64,000 bases of DNA from Flavobacteriales bacterium (GCA_038154685.1 JAYPYW010000001.1:36761-100760), one strand, 5' to 3'; counted from the first letter of the stretch, positions 27,871-38,527 are shown. A program made the numbers and translations. The notes: generated by a model not told the origin, from the letters alone.

Positions 27871-29152
27871 TTAATTTGTCCGCGTATTCACGAACTGCTT
27901 CTACTTTAATATTATCTAAAACTTCACCAATAAATGCATCTAATAATACCTTCTGAGCAGTAGATTCTTTAATCCCTCTAGCTCTCAAGTAGAATAATGC
28001 TTCATCATCAAACTGACCGATTGTACAACCGTGGCTACACTTTACGTCATCTGCATAAATCTCTAATTGAGGTTTAGCGTTTGCCTTTGCATCATCACTT
28101 AATAATATGTTTGCATTACTTTGGAATGCATTGGTCTTTTGAGCGATTTTATTAACGTAAATCTTACCGTTGAAAATTGCAGTTGATTTATCGTTAACAA
28201 CCGTTTTGTATAATTCATTCGACTCACAATTTGGCTTTGCATGGTCAACAAAAGTTTGGTTATCCACATGAATATCTCCATTCAAACAAATTGCACCGTA
28301 AAGGTTCGCCTCTGAATTTGGTCCGTCAAGGACAATGTTCAGGTTATTTCTAATCAATTTCCCGTTTGCAGGAATTGTATTTATTGTGAAAGTTGAATCC
28401 TTTGCTTGAGTAGCGAAATCAGCACCAATATGGTACGTGTTTTCGTTCTCGTTTTGGATTTTATCTAACTGAACATGTGCGCCTTCAGCTACAACAACTT
28501 CATTGATTACATTGCTTAATGCCGTTGCAGTGTCAATTGTTTCATAGGTAACAATCACTTGTGCTTCAGCCAATTTCTCAGCAACAATTAAGTTACGTGG
28601 GTATGCAGCTACTAAATCACCATCAACCAAATTGATTACATGAACTGGCTTATCTAATTGTGCTTTTGCTTTTACGTAAACAAACGCTCCATCCTGAGAG
28701 AAAGCAGAGTTTAGGTTTACAAAGAACTGATCCTTAGCTCTTGTTTGGAAACCTAAATGAGGTTCAACTAATTTGATAAAATCCTTCTTCGCTTTGTTTA
28801 AGCTCGTTACGATGAAATCTCCATCCTTATCCTCAGCAACTTCTGAGAAATTAGGCTCAAAAAATCCGTTTACGAAAACCAAAACATAAGCATCAAGGTT
28901 AGCTATTTTGTGCGCGTTAACCTTTTCAGCAATAATGTTTGTAGCTGATTGAGGACGGAATTCAGTTTTCCCAACCTCTCTCAAGCTTGTATATTTCCAA
29001 TCTTCCAACTTGTTAGTTGGAAAATCTAATTCTTTCAGGTTTTTAAGCGCGAGCTCTCTAATCTTAATGAAAGTCTTTGCTTCATGACTGAAGTCTTGCC
29101 CTTCTTGGTTGATTAAAAACCTGTCTTTATCTGTTAATGTCAATGTAGCCAT
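27842..29152 (-). CDS. sufD: Fe-S cluster assembly protein SufD
   Basis: SufB/SufD family C-terminal beta-helix. Position between sufC and sufS. Overlaps sufS by 29 nt. Confidence 0.85.
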   Translation of the reverse strand: MATLTLTDKDRFLINQEGQDFSHEAKTFIKIRELALKNLKELDFPTNKLEDWKYTSLREVGKTEFRPQSATNIIAEKVNAHKIANLDAYVLVFVNGFFEPNFSEVAEDKDGDFIVTSLNKAKKDFIKLVEPHLGFQTRAKDQFFVNLNSAFSQDGAFVYVKAKAQLDKPVHVINLVDGDLVAAYPRNLIVAEKLAEAQVIVTYETIDTATALSNVINEVVVAEGAHVQLDKIQNENENTYHIGADFATQAKDSTFTINTIPANGKLIRNNLNIVLDGPNSEANLYGAICLNGDIHVDNQTFVDHAKPNCESNELYKTVVNDKSTAIFNGKIYVNKIAQKTNAFQSNANILLSDDAKANAKPQLEIYADDVKCSHGCTIGQFDDEALFYLRARGIKESTAQKVLLDAFIGEVLDNIKVEAVREYADKLIAANFNSKA

Positions 29153-29161
29153 GGCTATATT

Positions 29162-29917
29162 TTATGCTTCTTCAAACTCCTTGATGATCCAGTCGTAACC
29201 TTTCTCTTCAAGTTCTAATGCTAACTCTTTAGTTCCAGTCTTAATGATCTGACCGTTGTATAGTACGTGTACAAAATCAGGAACGATGTAATCTAATAAT
29301 CTTTGGTAGTGCGTTACTACAACAAATGCATTATTCTCAGACTTTAATTCGTTAACTCCGTTTGCAACGATTCTTAAAGCATCGATATCTAATCCAGAAT
29401 CAGTCTCATCTAAAACTCCCAATTTTGGCTCTAACATTGCCATTTGGAAAATCTCGTTTCTTTTCTTCTCACCTCCTGAGAAACCTTCGTTAACTGATCT
29501 GTTTGCTAATTTTCCAGAAAGCTCAACTAATTGCTGCTTTTCCTTTAAAAGCTTCATGAATTCTTTAGTCTCCAAGTTTGGTAAACCTCGGTATTCTCTT
29601 ACTTCGTTAACTGCAGTTTTGATGAAATTAATGTTTGAAACACCTGGAATTTCAACTGGGTATTGAAACGCTAAGAAAACTCCTTCACCAGCTCTTTCTT
29701 CTGGAGCTAAATCTAATAAGTCTTTTCCGTCGAAATCAACTGATCCTCCAGTTACTTCATACTCTTCTCTACCAGCTAAAACTGATGCTAAAGTAGACTT
29801 ACCTGAACCGTTAGGTCCCATGATTGCGTGAACTTCTCCTGGTTTAACTTCTAAGTTTAAACCTTTTAAGATTTGCTTTCCGTCGATTTCGGCCTCTAAA
29901 CCGTTTATTTTTAACAT
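29162..29917 (-). CDS. sufC: Fe-S cluster assembly ATPase SufC
   Basis: ABC ATPase with GPNGSGKST, LSGGEKKR and the SufC Q-loop/D-loop. Confidence 0.95.
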   Translation of the reverse strand: MLKINGLEAEIDGKQILKGLNLEVKPGEVHAIMGPNGSGKSTLASVLAGREEYEVTGGSVDFDGKDLLDLAPEERAGEGVFLAFQYPVEIPGVSNINFIKTAVNEVREYRGLPNLETKEFMKLLKEKQQLVELSGKLANRSVNEGFSGGEKKRNEIFQMAMLEPKLGVLDETDSGLDIDALRIVANGVNELKSENNAFVVVTHYQRLLDYIVPDFVHVLYNGQIIKTGTKELALELEEKGYDWIIKEFEEA

Positions 29918-29944
29918 TTTAAAATGTATTTATTGCTTAATTAA

Positions 29945-31390
29945 TTATCCTACTGATCCTTCTAAACTGATTTCTAATAATTTCTTCGCTTCAATTGCGA
30001 ACTCCATTGGCATTTGATCCATAACGTTCTTACAGAAACCGTTTACGATTAATCCAATTGCTTTATCAGTTTTAATTCCTCTTTGATTACAATAGAAAAG
30101 TTGATCTTCTCCAATTTTGGAAGTTGTTGCTTCGTGCTCAACTTTTGCTCCCTTATTTTGGCACTCAATGTATGGGAATGTATGAGCTCCACATTTTGCA
30201 CCGATTAGTAAAGAGTCACATTGACTAAAGTTTCTTGCGTTTTCAGCTCCTTTAGCAATCTTAACCAAACCTCTGTATGAGTTTTGAGATTTACCAGCCG
30301 AAATACCTTTTGAAACAATAGTACTCTTTGTATTCTTTCCTAAGTGAATCATTTTAGTACCAGTATCCGCTTGCTGCATGTTATTTGTAACAGCAACTGA
30401 GAAAAATTCTCCAATTGAGTTATCCCCTTTAAGAATACAAGATGGGTATTTCCAAGTAACTGCAGAACCTGTTTCAACCTGCGTCCAAGAAATCTTAGCG
30501 CTATCAAAACAAACTCCTCTTTTAGTTACGAAGTTGTAAATACCTCCTCTTCCTTTTTTATCTCCAGGATACCAGTTTTGAACTGTTGAGTATTTAACTT
30601 CTGCGTTATCTAAAGCAACGATTTCTACTACTGCAGCGTGCAACTGATTTTCATCTCTTTGGGGAGCAGTACATCCTTCTAAGTAAGAAACATAAGATCC
30701 TTCATCAGCAACAATTAATGTACGCTCGAACTGACCAGTGTTTGCTTCATTAATTCTGAAGTAAGTCGATAATTCCATTGGACATCTAACTCCTTTTGGA
30801 ATGTAACAGAATGAACCATCAGAGAAAACCGCTGAGTTTAATGCCGAGTAGAAGTTATCTGCTTGAGGAACTACCGAACCAATGTATTTCTTAACTAATT
30901 CCGGGTGCTCTTGAACAGCCTCCGAGAAAGAACAGAAAATAATCCCAAGTTCACTTAATTTATCTTTAAAAGTAGTGGCAACAGAAACAGAATCCATTAC
31001 AACATCAACAGCTACACCAGCTAAAGCTTTTTGCTCTTCGATTGGAACTCCTAATCTTTCAAAAGTCTTCAAAATTTCAGGATCAACCTCATCCAAGCTT
31101 TCATATTGCTTTTTAGGCTTCGGTGCTGCGTAATAAATAATGTCTTGGAAATCTGGCTTGTCGTATGAAACGTGAGCCCATTCTGGCTCTTCCATTTTCT
31201 CCCACATTCTAAATGCCTTCAATCTCCAATCTAATAACCATTCCGGCTCATTCTTTTTGTCAGAAATGAATCGAATAGTTTCTTCTGTTAAACCCTTTTG
31301 GGCTAATTCAGATTCAATATCAGAAACAAACCCGTACTTATATTCCCCGGTTGTTGCTTCTTCAATTATTTTATCCTCGTCCATGCTCAT
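29945..31390 (-). CDS. sufB: Fe-S cluster assembly scaffold SufB
   Basis: Highly conserved SufB pattern throughout the 481 aa. Confidence 0.95.
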   Translation of the reverse strand: MSMDEDKIIEEATTGEYKYGFVSDIESELAQKGLTEETIRFISDKKNEPEWLLDWRLKAFRMWEKMEEPEWAHVSYDKPDFQDIIYYAAPKPKKQYESLDEVDPEILKTFERLGVPIEEQKALAGVAVDVVMDSVSVATTFKDKLSELGIIFCSFSEAVQEHPELVKKYIGSVVPQADNFYSALNSAVFSDGSFCYIPKGVRCPMELSTYFRINEANTGQFERTLIVADEGSYVSYLEGCTAPQRDENQLHAAVVEIVALDNAEVKYSTVQNWYPGDKKGRGGIYNFVTKRGVCFDSAKISWTQVETGSAVTWKYPSCILKGDNSIGEFFSVAVTNNMQQADTGTKMIHLGKNTKSTIVSKGISAGKSQNSYRGLVKIAKGAENARNFSQCDSLLIGAKCGAHTFPYIECQNKGAKVEHEATTSKIGEDQLFYCNQRGIKTDKAIGLIVNGFCKNVMDQMPMEFAIEAKKLLEISLEGSVG

Positions 31391-31408
31391 AATAGAACCT
31401 CTTCTTTT

Positions 31409-31735
31409 TTAAACTGCAAAACTTTCCCCGCATCCACATGTGCGAGAAGCGTTAGGATTATTAAAACTGAATCCTTTACCATTAAGTCCTCCTTCGTATT
31501 CCAAAGTAGTACCAGCTAGGTATAGTAAACTCTTCTTTTCAACAACAACTTTTACCTCATTGTCTTCGAACTCCTGATCGTTATCTTGTAATTCGGTATC
31601 GAAACTTAAATCATATGATAAACCAGAACATCCGCCGCTTTTTACACCAACTCTAATAAAGCTGTCAGCAGGCATCTCTTCAAGCCTTTTAAGCTTTGCT
31701 ACCTGGTCTCTTGCGTTATCTGAAACTTTAATCAT
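31409..31735 (-). CDS. sufA: HesB/IscA-family A-type Fe-S carrier (SufA/ErpA)
   Basis: 108 aa; GCSGLSY...C-terminal CGCGESF three-Cys motif. Confidence 0.85.
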   Translation of the reverse strand: MIKVSDNARDQVAKLKRLEEMPADSFIRVGVKSGGCSGLSYDLSFDTELQDNDQEFEDNEVKVVVEKKSLLYLAGTTLEYEGGLNGKGFSFNNPNASRTCGCGESFAV

Positions 31736-31890
31736 AGCTTTTATTTTTATTTAGACTAATTCTAAACTAAAGACAAAAATACCCTTTTTTAGGTATTTGT
31801 CCAATCAAAATGATCGATAGTCACAAACCATTTATTGATTTTGGTTATTGACACTTAATAATCCTATGATTTAATGATAATTAGACCTTT

Positions 31891-34800
31891 TTGTTTTTTT
31901 CTAATAGTATACGCACCTTTGCCAATATGCGTGGTTTGAAGTATGTCTTACTATTATTTGTCCTTCTCTGTTTTTCGCCAGCGAAAGCTACAGATATAGA
32001 TTTACTCAAATGTGAGCAGTTCACTATTGATGATGGGCTTCCTCAAAGTTTTATTGAGAAGGTTTTCCAGGACGATAAAGGTTTTCTTTGGATTGCGACT
32101 CAAGATGGAATATCAAAATTTAATGGGTATCAATTCGAAAACTTCTTTTCAAACCCGTTTGATACAAGTACTATTGCTAGTAATTATGTGATTAATATCA
32201 ATAACTGGAATGGTGATTCGGTGTTATTCACTACTAGTATTGGACTTTCTATTTTCGATCCTGCTTCGAAAACATTTTCTAACAATGCCATTAGTTTAGA
32301 GCATAATGAAGTTGGAAATATTTCATCTTCTGTTATGCTATCTAAAGACTCCATATTTATTGGTGGAGGAAAAGGGCTATTCCAATTTGAATCCCTAAAA
32401 AACGGATATGATCTTAATCTTTTGGTTAAAAGAAATATTTCAAACACTGTATTTTTTAATCAAAAACTAACCTATAGCTCCGAAAACAAGATTTACCAGA
32501 TTATAAACGGTGAAGAAAAATTAATCCAAACATTTGATTCAAACATTCATGCTTTATTTGTTTCGAGGAATAGTTTATATGTTTCGCTTCAAAATGACTT
32601 TTTCAAACTTAAAAACAACTACGAACCAGACACAAGCTTTTGGGTTGATCACCGGGTAAACGATTTTATTATTGAAGATGGAGTTTATTGGCTTGCAACT
32701 CAAAATAATGGTGTTGTTGTTTGTGATCAGAACGTTTCGAATTCAGCCCTAAAACACCACAGCATAACTTTTTTAAGTAAAAGAATAAGCTCAATATACA
32801 AGGATAATTTTGGAGTTATTTGGATTGGGACCAACAAGGGATTAAATAAGATTGATCCTTCCAAAAAAGAGTTTTTGCAATACAAAGCATCCGCTTATCA
32901 CCCAGCATCAACCGACAATTGTTGGTCTTTCTTTGAAAACGATTCACTTTTCTTTTCTGGTTATGATAATGGTTTACAAATCAAAAAGAAAGGCTCTTCC
33001 GAATCAAAATGGATTGAATTCGATGGATTAATTCTTGATATCAACGCTGTTGATGAAAAAACGATCCTTGGAACTTCTTCTGGAGTTTATGAACTAAAAA
33101 TTGAAAATGATTCCATTTTTATTGGAGATACAAATCTCATCGATCTTGGAATAAACGGTAAACAAGATATTGTTTTCAAGTTCAAAAAATTTAAAAACAA
33201 ATTACTTGTCGGAAGTAACAACTACCTTTCTATATATGATGAAAATCTAACCCTTGTGAATAGATGGAATATTAAGGGTGTTCGAGATTTTACAATTTTT
33301 AATAACCAAATATACTTTACTGCATCTCCAACAGGAATTTACCAGCTTTACAATATTGAGGATTCAGAACTCACTAACTTTAAAAAAATAAACCTTCCAG
33401 AAGTTGAGCATTTACTGGGTTTATCGATCGCTAGTGGTAATGATCATATTTGGTTAGGTTTATATGGTGGAGGGTTAATTAAATACGATTACAAAAAGAA
33501 GAGTACTCAGCATTTCTCTACCCAAAATGGATTACCCAATAATACCATTTACTCCATTATTAATCACAAAAATTCCCTCTGGTTAAGTACGAATGGTGGT
33601 TTATCTAAACTAGACTTGAAAACAGAGGAATTTCAAAACTTTAATAATGCAGACGGAGTTCAAAGTTTAGAATTTAACTCTGGCGCAGGATTCAAAGGTA
33701 AAAATGGTAATATTTACTTCGGGGGTATTGATGGTTATAACATTGTTAATCCTAGGGTGGAAAACAGGAACTCATTCCCACCGAAAGTATACATCTCATC
33801 ATTCATGTACAAAGGGGAAAACTTATTACAAGTTGATGACAACAACAGTAACTATGATAAAGTATCCAAAACAATTACAATTCCCCACAGGAAGAATAGC
33901 TTTAAAATATTTGTGGATGCATTGCACTACTCATCACCAAATGACAATATTTTTAAAACAAAACTGGAAGGTTGGCAAAACGAATGGGTAATTAGTAAAG
34001 GAAAACCTGTTTTCCAATTTAGCAATCTAAAAGACGGAGAGTACTTTTTTGTTGTAAACGCAGCGAATTCCGATGGTGTATGGAGTTATAATGAGCAAAG
34101 GATAAAAATAATTATCAAACCCCCATTCTACTTAACTTGGTGGTTCATATCGGGTACTTCAGTAATTGTGATTGGTTTACTTGCTTTCTTAATTTATTCA
34201 AGAATAAACAGATCAAAATTCCAACGTGAAATATTAGAGCGTAAAGTAAGAGACCGCACTAGAGAAGTTGAAAATCAAAAGAAAAAACTAGAAGAAAAGA
34301 ACAAGGAACTAGAATACGAAAAAAACAAGGAAGAAGAAGTCCTTTTAAATGTTCTTCCTAGAGAAACGGCAAAAGAACTAGTATCCACTGGAAAATCTAC
34401 TCCCAAGAGTTACAAGATGGCAACAGTAATGTTCGCCGACTTTAAAAACTTCACCAAAATCACCGAAAATCTTGGTCCAAAAGAGTTAGTTGCAGAGTTG
34501 GATGATTCGTTTGCAAAGTTTGATGATATAGTTGGAAAACTAAACATCGAGAAAATCAAAACTTCCGGTGATGCTTACATGTGTGTTGGAGGAGTTCCTA
34601 TTAGAAACCAAACCAATCCTGTTGATTGTGTTTTAGCGGCTTTCCAATTCCAAAAGTATATGCACCAAAAACGTGAAATTAGGGAAGGAACTGGAAAACC
34701 TCAATGGCATTTAAGAATTGGAATGCATACCGGAGCTTTAGTTGCTGGAGTAGTAGGTAAAAAGAAATTCCTATATGATGTTTGGGGAGATACTGTAAAC

Positions 34801-35643
34801 ACTGCTGCACGAATGGAAACAAGTGCAGATGAAGGTAAGATCAACGTTTCTGGGACCACCTACGAATACATTAAAGATTACTTTGATTGTGAGTATAGAG
34901 GTAAATTACCTGTAAAAAATAAGGGCGCCATCGATATGTATTACGTAAACAGAATTAAGGCAGGTTTATGTAAAGATGAAGAAGGTCAAACACCGAATAG
35001 GAAATTCTTTGAACTACTCAACTTCAAGGTTTATACTCAGCAAAATTTCCATAACGTTCGAGATTACTTCCTAGACTTATTAGAGCAAAACGAGTTTGTT
35101 TCTAAACTCAAATACCATGGTCCCCACCATACACTAGATGTAATGGAAGCTGCCGAAAGAATTGGTCGTGCAGAAGGATTGGGAGAAGAAGAGCTAATGT
35201 TGGTTAAAGTCGCTGCCTTATTCCACGATAGTGGCTTCCTTAATAAATACCAAAATAACGAGCCTGAAGGTGCTAAATTGGCAAAGAGGGAACTTCCTCG
35301 TTATGGATTTACGGATGCTCAGGTTGAAATTGTAGAAGGAATGATTTTAGCTACTAAAATCCCTCAAGAGCCTAAAAATCATCTCGAGGAAATCCTTTGT
35401 GATGCAGATTTAGATTACTTAGGTAGAGACAAGGAAGAGTTTGATAAAATCAGTTCTTCACTTGCTCAGGAATTAATTGATATGAAGATTCTTAAATCCC
35501 TTGATGCCTGGGATCCAATACAGGTTAAATTTCTTGAGGCTCATCAATACTTCACCAAAACTTGTATTGAAACCCGAAGGCCAGGCAAAATTGAAAGATT
35601 GAGAGAAATTAGAGACCGACTGCAAGGACCTAATGAGGAGTAA
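31891..35643 (+). CDS. Membrane sensor protein: beta-propeller/Y_Y_Y periplasmic domain, TM, coiled coil, class III adenylate cyclase domain, C-terminal HD phosphohydrolase domain
   Basis: N-terminal hydrophobic segment. W.GT repeats and a Y_Y_Y region. TM LTWWFISGTSVIVIGLLAFLIYS, then a K/E coiled coil. Cyclase motifs VMFADFKNFT, KIKTSGDAYMCVGG, YDVWGDTVNTAARME, where the K/D specificity residues indicate ATP. HD motif HHTLDV...LFHDSG...DADLDYLG. Confidence 0.8.
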   Translation: MFFSNSIRTFANMRGLKYVLLLFVLLCFSPAKATDIDLLKCEQFTIDDGLPQSFIEKVFQDDKGFLWIATQDGISKFNGYQFENFFSNPFDTSTIASNYVININNWNGDSVLFTTSIGLSIFDPASKTFSNNAISLEHNEVGNISSSVMLSKDSIFIGGGKGLFQFESLKNGYDLNLLVKRNISNTVFFNQKLTYSSENKIYQIINGEEKLIQTFDSNIHALFVSRNSLYVSLQNDFFKLKNNYEPDTSFWVDHRVNDFIIEDGVYWLATQNNGVVVCDQNVSNSALKHHSITFLSKRISSIYKDNFGVIWIGTNKGLNKIDPSKKEFLQYKASAYHPASTDNCWSFFENDSLFFSGYDNGLQIKKKGSSESKWIEFDGLILDINAVDEKTILGTSSGVYELKIENDSIFIGDTNLIDLGINGKQDIVFKFKKFKNKLLVGSNNYLSIYDENLTLVNRWNIKGVRDFTIFNNQIYFTASPTGIYQLYNIEDSELTNFKKINLPEVEHLLGLSIASGNDHIWLGLYGGGLIKYDYKKKSTQHFSTQNGLPNNTIYSIINHKNSLWLSTNGGLSKLDLKTEEFQNFNNADGVQSLEFNSGAGFKGKNGNIYFGGIDGYNIVNPRVENRNSFPPKVYISSFMYKGENLLQVDDNNSNYDKVSKTITIPHRKNSFKIFVDALHYSSPNDNIFKTKLEGWQNEWVISKGKPVFQFSNLKDGEYFFVVNAANSDGVWSYNEQRIKIIIKPPFYLTWWFISGTSVIVIGLLAFLIYSRINRSKFQREILERKVRDRTREVENQKKKLEEKNKELEYEKNKEEEVLLNVLPRETAKELVSTGKSTPKSYKMATVMFADFKNFTKITENLGPKELVAELDDSFAKFDDIVGKLNIEKIKTSGDAYMCVGGVPIRNQTNPVDCVLAAFQFQKYMHQKREIREGTGKPQWHLRIGMHTGALVAGVVGKKKFLYDVWGDTVNTAARMETSADEGKINVSGTTYEYIKDYFDCEYRGKLPVKNKGAIDMYYVNRIKAGLCKDEEGQTPNRKFFELLNFKVYTQQNFHNVRDYFLDLLEQNEFVSKLKYHGPHHTLDVMEAAERIGRAEGLGEEELMLVKVAALFHDSGFLNKYQNNEPEGAKLAKRELPRYGFTDAQVEIVEGMILATKIPQEPKNHLEEILCDADLDYLGRDKEEFDKISSSLAQELIDMKILKSLDAWDPIQVKFLEAHQYFTKTCIETRRPGKIERLREIRDRLQGPNEE

Positions 35644-35664
35644 ATCTAGGACAAAAGATAAAAT

Positions 35665-35699
35665 TAAAAAAGCCCCGCATAAGCGGAGCTTTCTTTTTA
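35665..35699. terminator. Bidirectional hairpin terminator between sensor gene (+) and XRE gene (-)
   Basis: AGCCCCGC-ATAA-GCGGAGCT stem with one mismatch, flanked by A5 upstream and TTCTTTTT downstream. Confidence 0.5.
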
Positions 35700-35737
35700 T
35701 TGTATTTCGTATTCTGTCTTTCCTCTCTTGGTACCAA

Positions 35738-35965
35738 TTACACACTCACGATCTCAGACATCTTAACTTTTAATGCTTCCGAAATAATGTAGAGTGTATA
35801 AACATTTGCACTAACCTTTGCATTTTCAATTTTTTCCATGTGCTGCCTGTCCATTCCACACGCTCTAGCAAGCTGAGATTGATTTAAACCTTTCCCTTTT
35901 CTAATTCTTTTGATGTTTTCCCCAATTTTTACTGCCAAGTCCGTTTTTTCTAATTGCGCTTCCAT
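35738..35965 (-). CDS. XRE-family HTH transcriptional regulator
   Basis: 75 aa; HTH_3 pattern IRKGKGLNQSQLARACGMDRQHMEKIE. Confidence 0.8.
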   Translation of the reverse strand: MEAQLEKTDLAVKIGENIKRIRKGKGLNQSQLARACGMDRQHMEKIENAKVSANVYTLYIISEALKVKMSEIVSV

Positions 35966-36068
35966 GTTGTCTTTTTAGTAGTTTTTTCGTAATCGTTTGT
36001 ATTACGAAGTGTTAATTTACTTTTTTTTTTACAACTATTATTATCAAAGATCAACTTTTTAAATTCTT

Positions 36069-36665
36069 TTAAAGATTCATAGTTTCCTTACCTAGCTCAG
36101 GTTTTGAATGCAAGGCTATATTAATTTCTTTCGCCGTCATTATTTGATTTAAATGGTGTTCCGAATGTTTTATCGCAAAGTAAATTAACTGATATACATC
36201 CAATTTAATACCTGATAACACCTTCATATTCGCTAAATAATTATTGGCATAAAAAGCTGGTGCTTCCCTTACAAGTTTCATTAATTTTAAACTTTGAACA
36301 GCTAATTTGAATTCCAATTCTTGACAACTAAAAAATAATGGTGTAGTAAACTCTGGCAGTGTTTTCATTTTAAAAACACTTACGTTTAACATTGTTTCCA
36401 CTATTTTCAAATCAGATTCAGTGTATTCACTGTCTTCATTAACTAAACCTTCATGTAATAATTGAATGTGGTGCTCTACTTTTTCAATGATATATTTATT
36501 AACCAGATAAATATGCTCTGCGTGTCTTTTACCTGTCCATTGACTACCATCCGAAATACTGTCGTTATCATTAATAAGGCCCATTACCTTATTTAACTTT
36601 TTAGCTAAAACCTGACAGTTTGCTTTCAATAGAACTTGAGTTCTAGCGAATTCTGAATTTTCCAT
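36069..36665 (-). CDS. Hypothetical protein (possibly DinB/YfiT-like helical bundle), co-oriented with XRE regulator
   Basis: 198 aa, His-rich helical segments (HAEHIY..., VEHHIQLLHEG). Weak family guess. Confidence 0.35.
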   Translation of the reverse strand: MENSEFARTQVLLKANCQVLAKKLNKVMGLINDNDSISDGSQWTGKRHAEHIYLVNKYIIEKVEHHIQLLHEGLVNEDSEYTESDLKIVETMLNVSVFKMKTLPEFTTPLFFSCQELEFKLAVQSLKLMKLVREAPAFYANNYLANMKVLSGIKLDVYQLIYFAIKHSEHHLNQIMTAKEINIALHSKPELGKETMNL

Positions 36666-36705
36666 AATACCCTTTTTATAACACCAGATTTACTTTGGAA
36701 AAACT

Positions 36706-36733
36706 CCCTGAGAAGTTGAACGGCTTCTCAGGG
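36706..36733. promoter_or_regulatory. Perfect 10-bp inverted repeat CCCTGAGAAG-N8-CTTCTCAGGG about 40 nt upstream of the hypothetical gene start; on the reverse strand it is followed by TTTTT (leader terminator/attenuator or distal terminator of the upstream T9SS cargo gene)
   Basis: Seen directly; a GC-rich 10-bp stem is rare in this AT-rich DNA. Confidence 0.4.
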
Positions 36734-36943
36734 AATAACAATAGACACCATTTTTTTGGCGGCCAAGGTTATAAAAAGGGTTATTTATACTGGAGCGTAA
36801 TTCTTTTCTTGGCTCTTAATCTTTATTGATGCTCCAAAACCTATTTACAACCTTATTTCTTTTCCTTGGTTAACTTGGCAGTGCTAAACTATATTGGATA
36901 AAAGAGTATTTAGAATTGATTTTCCAATATGACAAATTGGATT

Positions 36944-37000
36944 TTTGCAGAAATTGCAAATTTTAACAAATAACACCTGTGTTTTTGCAAAAAATGCAAA
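36944..37000. promoter_or_regulatory. Two copies of the dyad TTTGCA-N5-TGCAAA spaced 40 bp apart (candidate dimeric-regulator operators)
   Basis: TTTGCAGAAATTGCAAA at 36944-36960 and TTTGCAAAAAATGCAAA at 36984-37000, immediately 3' of the T9SS cargo gene stop and about 280-340 bp upstream of the downstream reverse-strand gene. Confidence 0.3.
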
Positions 37001-38527
37001 TCACCTAACTATAAAAGATTTATTTACTACTCCATTATCACCACTCAATTGGGTAATATAGATGCCCGGTTTGAATGAACTTAAATTAACAGCGTAATTC
37101 TTTGCATTTACAATATGATTATTCATAACGATTTCACCATTCATATTGAATATTGAAATGCCTTCAATCTCTTTTTCGCAAACAAAATCAACAAATCCAT
37201 CTCTTTGAAAAACATAAACTTCTGATGCTTTATTATCCGGCGAAACCACAACTACTTCTGAGTAACCAAAAGTTCCATCAAAATCAATTTGTTTTAATCT
37301 GTAAAATGTTTTTTCGTGAGGAGCATAATCATCAACAAAAGTATAATCTATCATTTGCACTGCATTTCCAGCTCCTGATTCCCAGCCTATTTCTTCCCAA
37401 TTAAGCCCATCAATACTTCTTTGGATTTCAAATCCATCGTTATTTATTTCGGCTCCAGTTTTCCATTTTAAAACATTCTTACCCTCAAGATGTTCAGCCA
37501 TAAAACTCACCAAATCCACCGGTAATGCAGTGGTTGCAGTAATCCTAAAAACACTTTCTAACATTCCAAACATATCCGCTGCGCCAGAAGCTGAAAATTC
37601 GCTGGTAGAGGATAAAATTGTACCTGTACGATATTGAGCTCCTCCTGAGATACCATCTTGTTCAGAAAATCCAGTATATGTTCCACTCCCATTTGTAAGA
37701 GATGAATTATTAATGAGTGTTTGATTTGTTCCTGCAGATATCGTTCTGTCTCCAGAAGCTGCAGCCAAACTAAAAATTGCGTTATTTCCATCATTTGGTG
37801 CAGCAGAAGCGGTAGATATAGAATTACAATTACTACAATTAGCATTGCTCACATTACTCATCCCTGCGACATTTTCAAACATTAAAGCCCCAAAAATGGC
37901 ATCATCTCCAGCATTTGACGGGTTATTAAAATTAGCTGTTATATTAAAAGAGTTTGTACCGGTAGGTATATTCGCCTCCAACGTACCGTAAACCATAAGC
38001 TCTAAACTCATATCTGCATCCGATTCTGTATCGATTGCGTCATATTCATAAATCCATTGTGAACTTAAATGAGATAACGTGGTTGTAGAAATTTCAACCG
38101 TTGGCACACTACCTCCTGTTGGCGCATTACTTGCCCAGTTATCACCAGTGGCTCCAGGCGCATGATCTCTTTCTACTATCATAAAGAAAATCAACACCCT
38201 ATCCGACCCTGCTGTAGTAGTATATGATAAACTAGGAACGCCCCCTGCGCCACTCCCTGATGCCGTTGCTACATCGTAACTCCCCGATAAGTATGAAACC
38301 TGCCCTACTAACATCATGGGAAATAATAATATTGCCCAAATCCCCCTCATAATTCTATTAACGAGATTTTTAAAATAAGGTTTTACATGTAACGAAATAC
38401 GTTTTTTACCGTAGTAAATAGCTAAAAGGTTTTTAGTTATGAGAAATTTAAGGATTATAGGGGTAGTATTAGTGGGGTTGACACTAATTTCTTGTGAAAA
38501 AGACTTCGTTGAAGAAGATTTTGACAT
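37001..38527 (-). CDS. Secreted protein with type IX secretion system C-terminal sorting domain (T9SS cargo); Ser/Thr/Gly/Asn-rich central region
   Basis: C-terminal about 80 aa (GISIFNMNGEIV...PGIYITQLSGDNGVVNKSFIVR) matches the Por_Secre_tail pattern. Preceded by a conserved about 95-aa domain shared with the gene at 39967-41544. Confidence 0.7.
   Translation of the reverse strand: MSKSSSTKSFSQEISVNPTNTTPIILKFLITKNLLAIYYGKKRISLHVKPYFKNLVNRIMRGIWAILLFPMMLVGQVSYLSGSYDVATASGSGAGGVPSLSYTTTAGSDRVLIFFMIVERDHAPGATGDNWASNAPTGGSVPTVEISTTTLSHLSSQWIYEYDAIDTESDADMSLELMVYGTLEANIPTGTNSFNITANFNNPSNAGDDAIFGALMFENVAGMSNVSNANCSNCNSISTASAAPNDGNNAIFSLAAASGDRTISAGTNQTLINNSSLTNGSGTYTGFSEQDGISGGAQYRTGTILSSTSEFSASGAADMFGMLESVFRITATTALPVDLVSFMAEHLEGKNVLKWKTGAEINNDGFEIQRSIDGLNWEEIGWESGAGNAVQMIDYTFVDDYAPHEKTFYRLKQIDFDGTFGYSEVVVVSPDNKASEVYVFQRDGFVDFVCEKEIEGISIFNMNGEIVMNNHIVNAKNYAVNLSSFKPGIYITQLSGDNGVVNKSFIVR

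Noticed and set aside
35966-36068. Short inverted repeat CGTAAT-N7-ATTACG and T11 run upstream of XRE gene
   Set aside because: A 6-bp AT-rich dyad is expected by chance at this base composition. The T-run is probably just promoter or UP-element-like AT-rich DNA.
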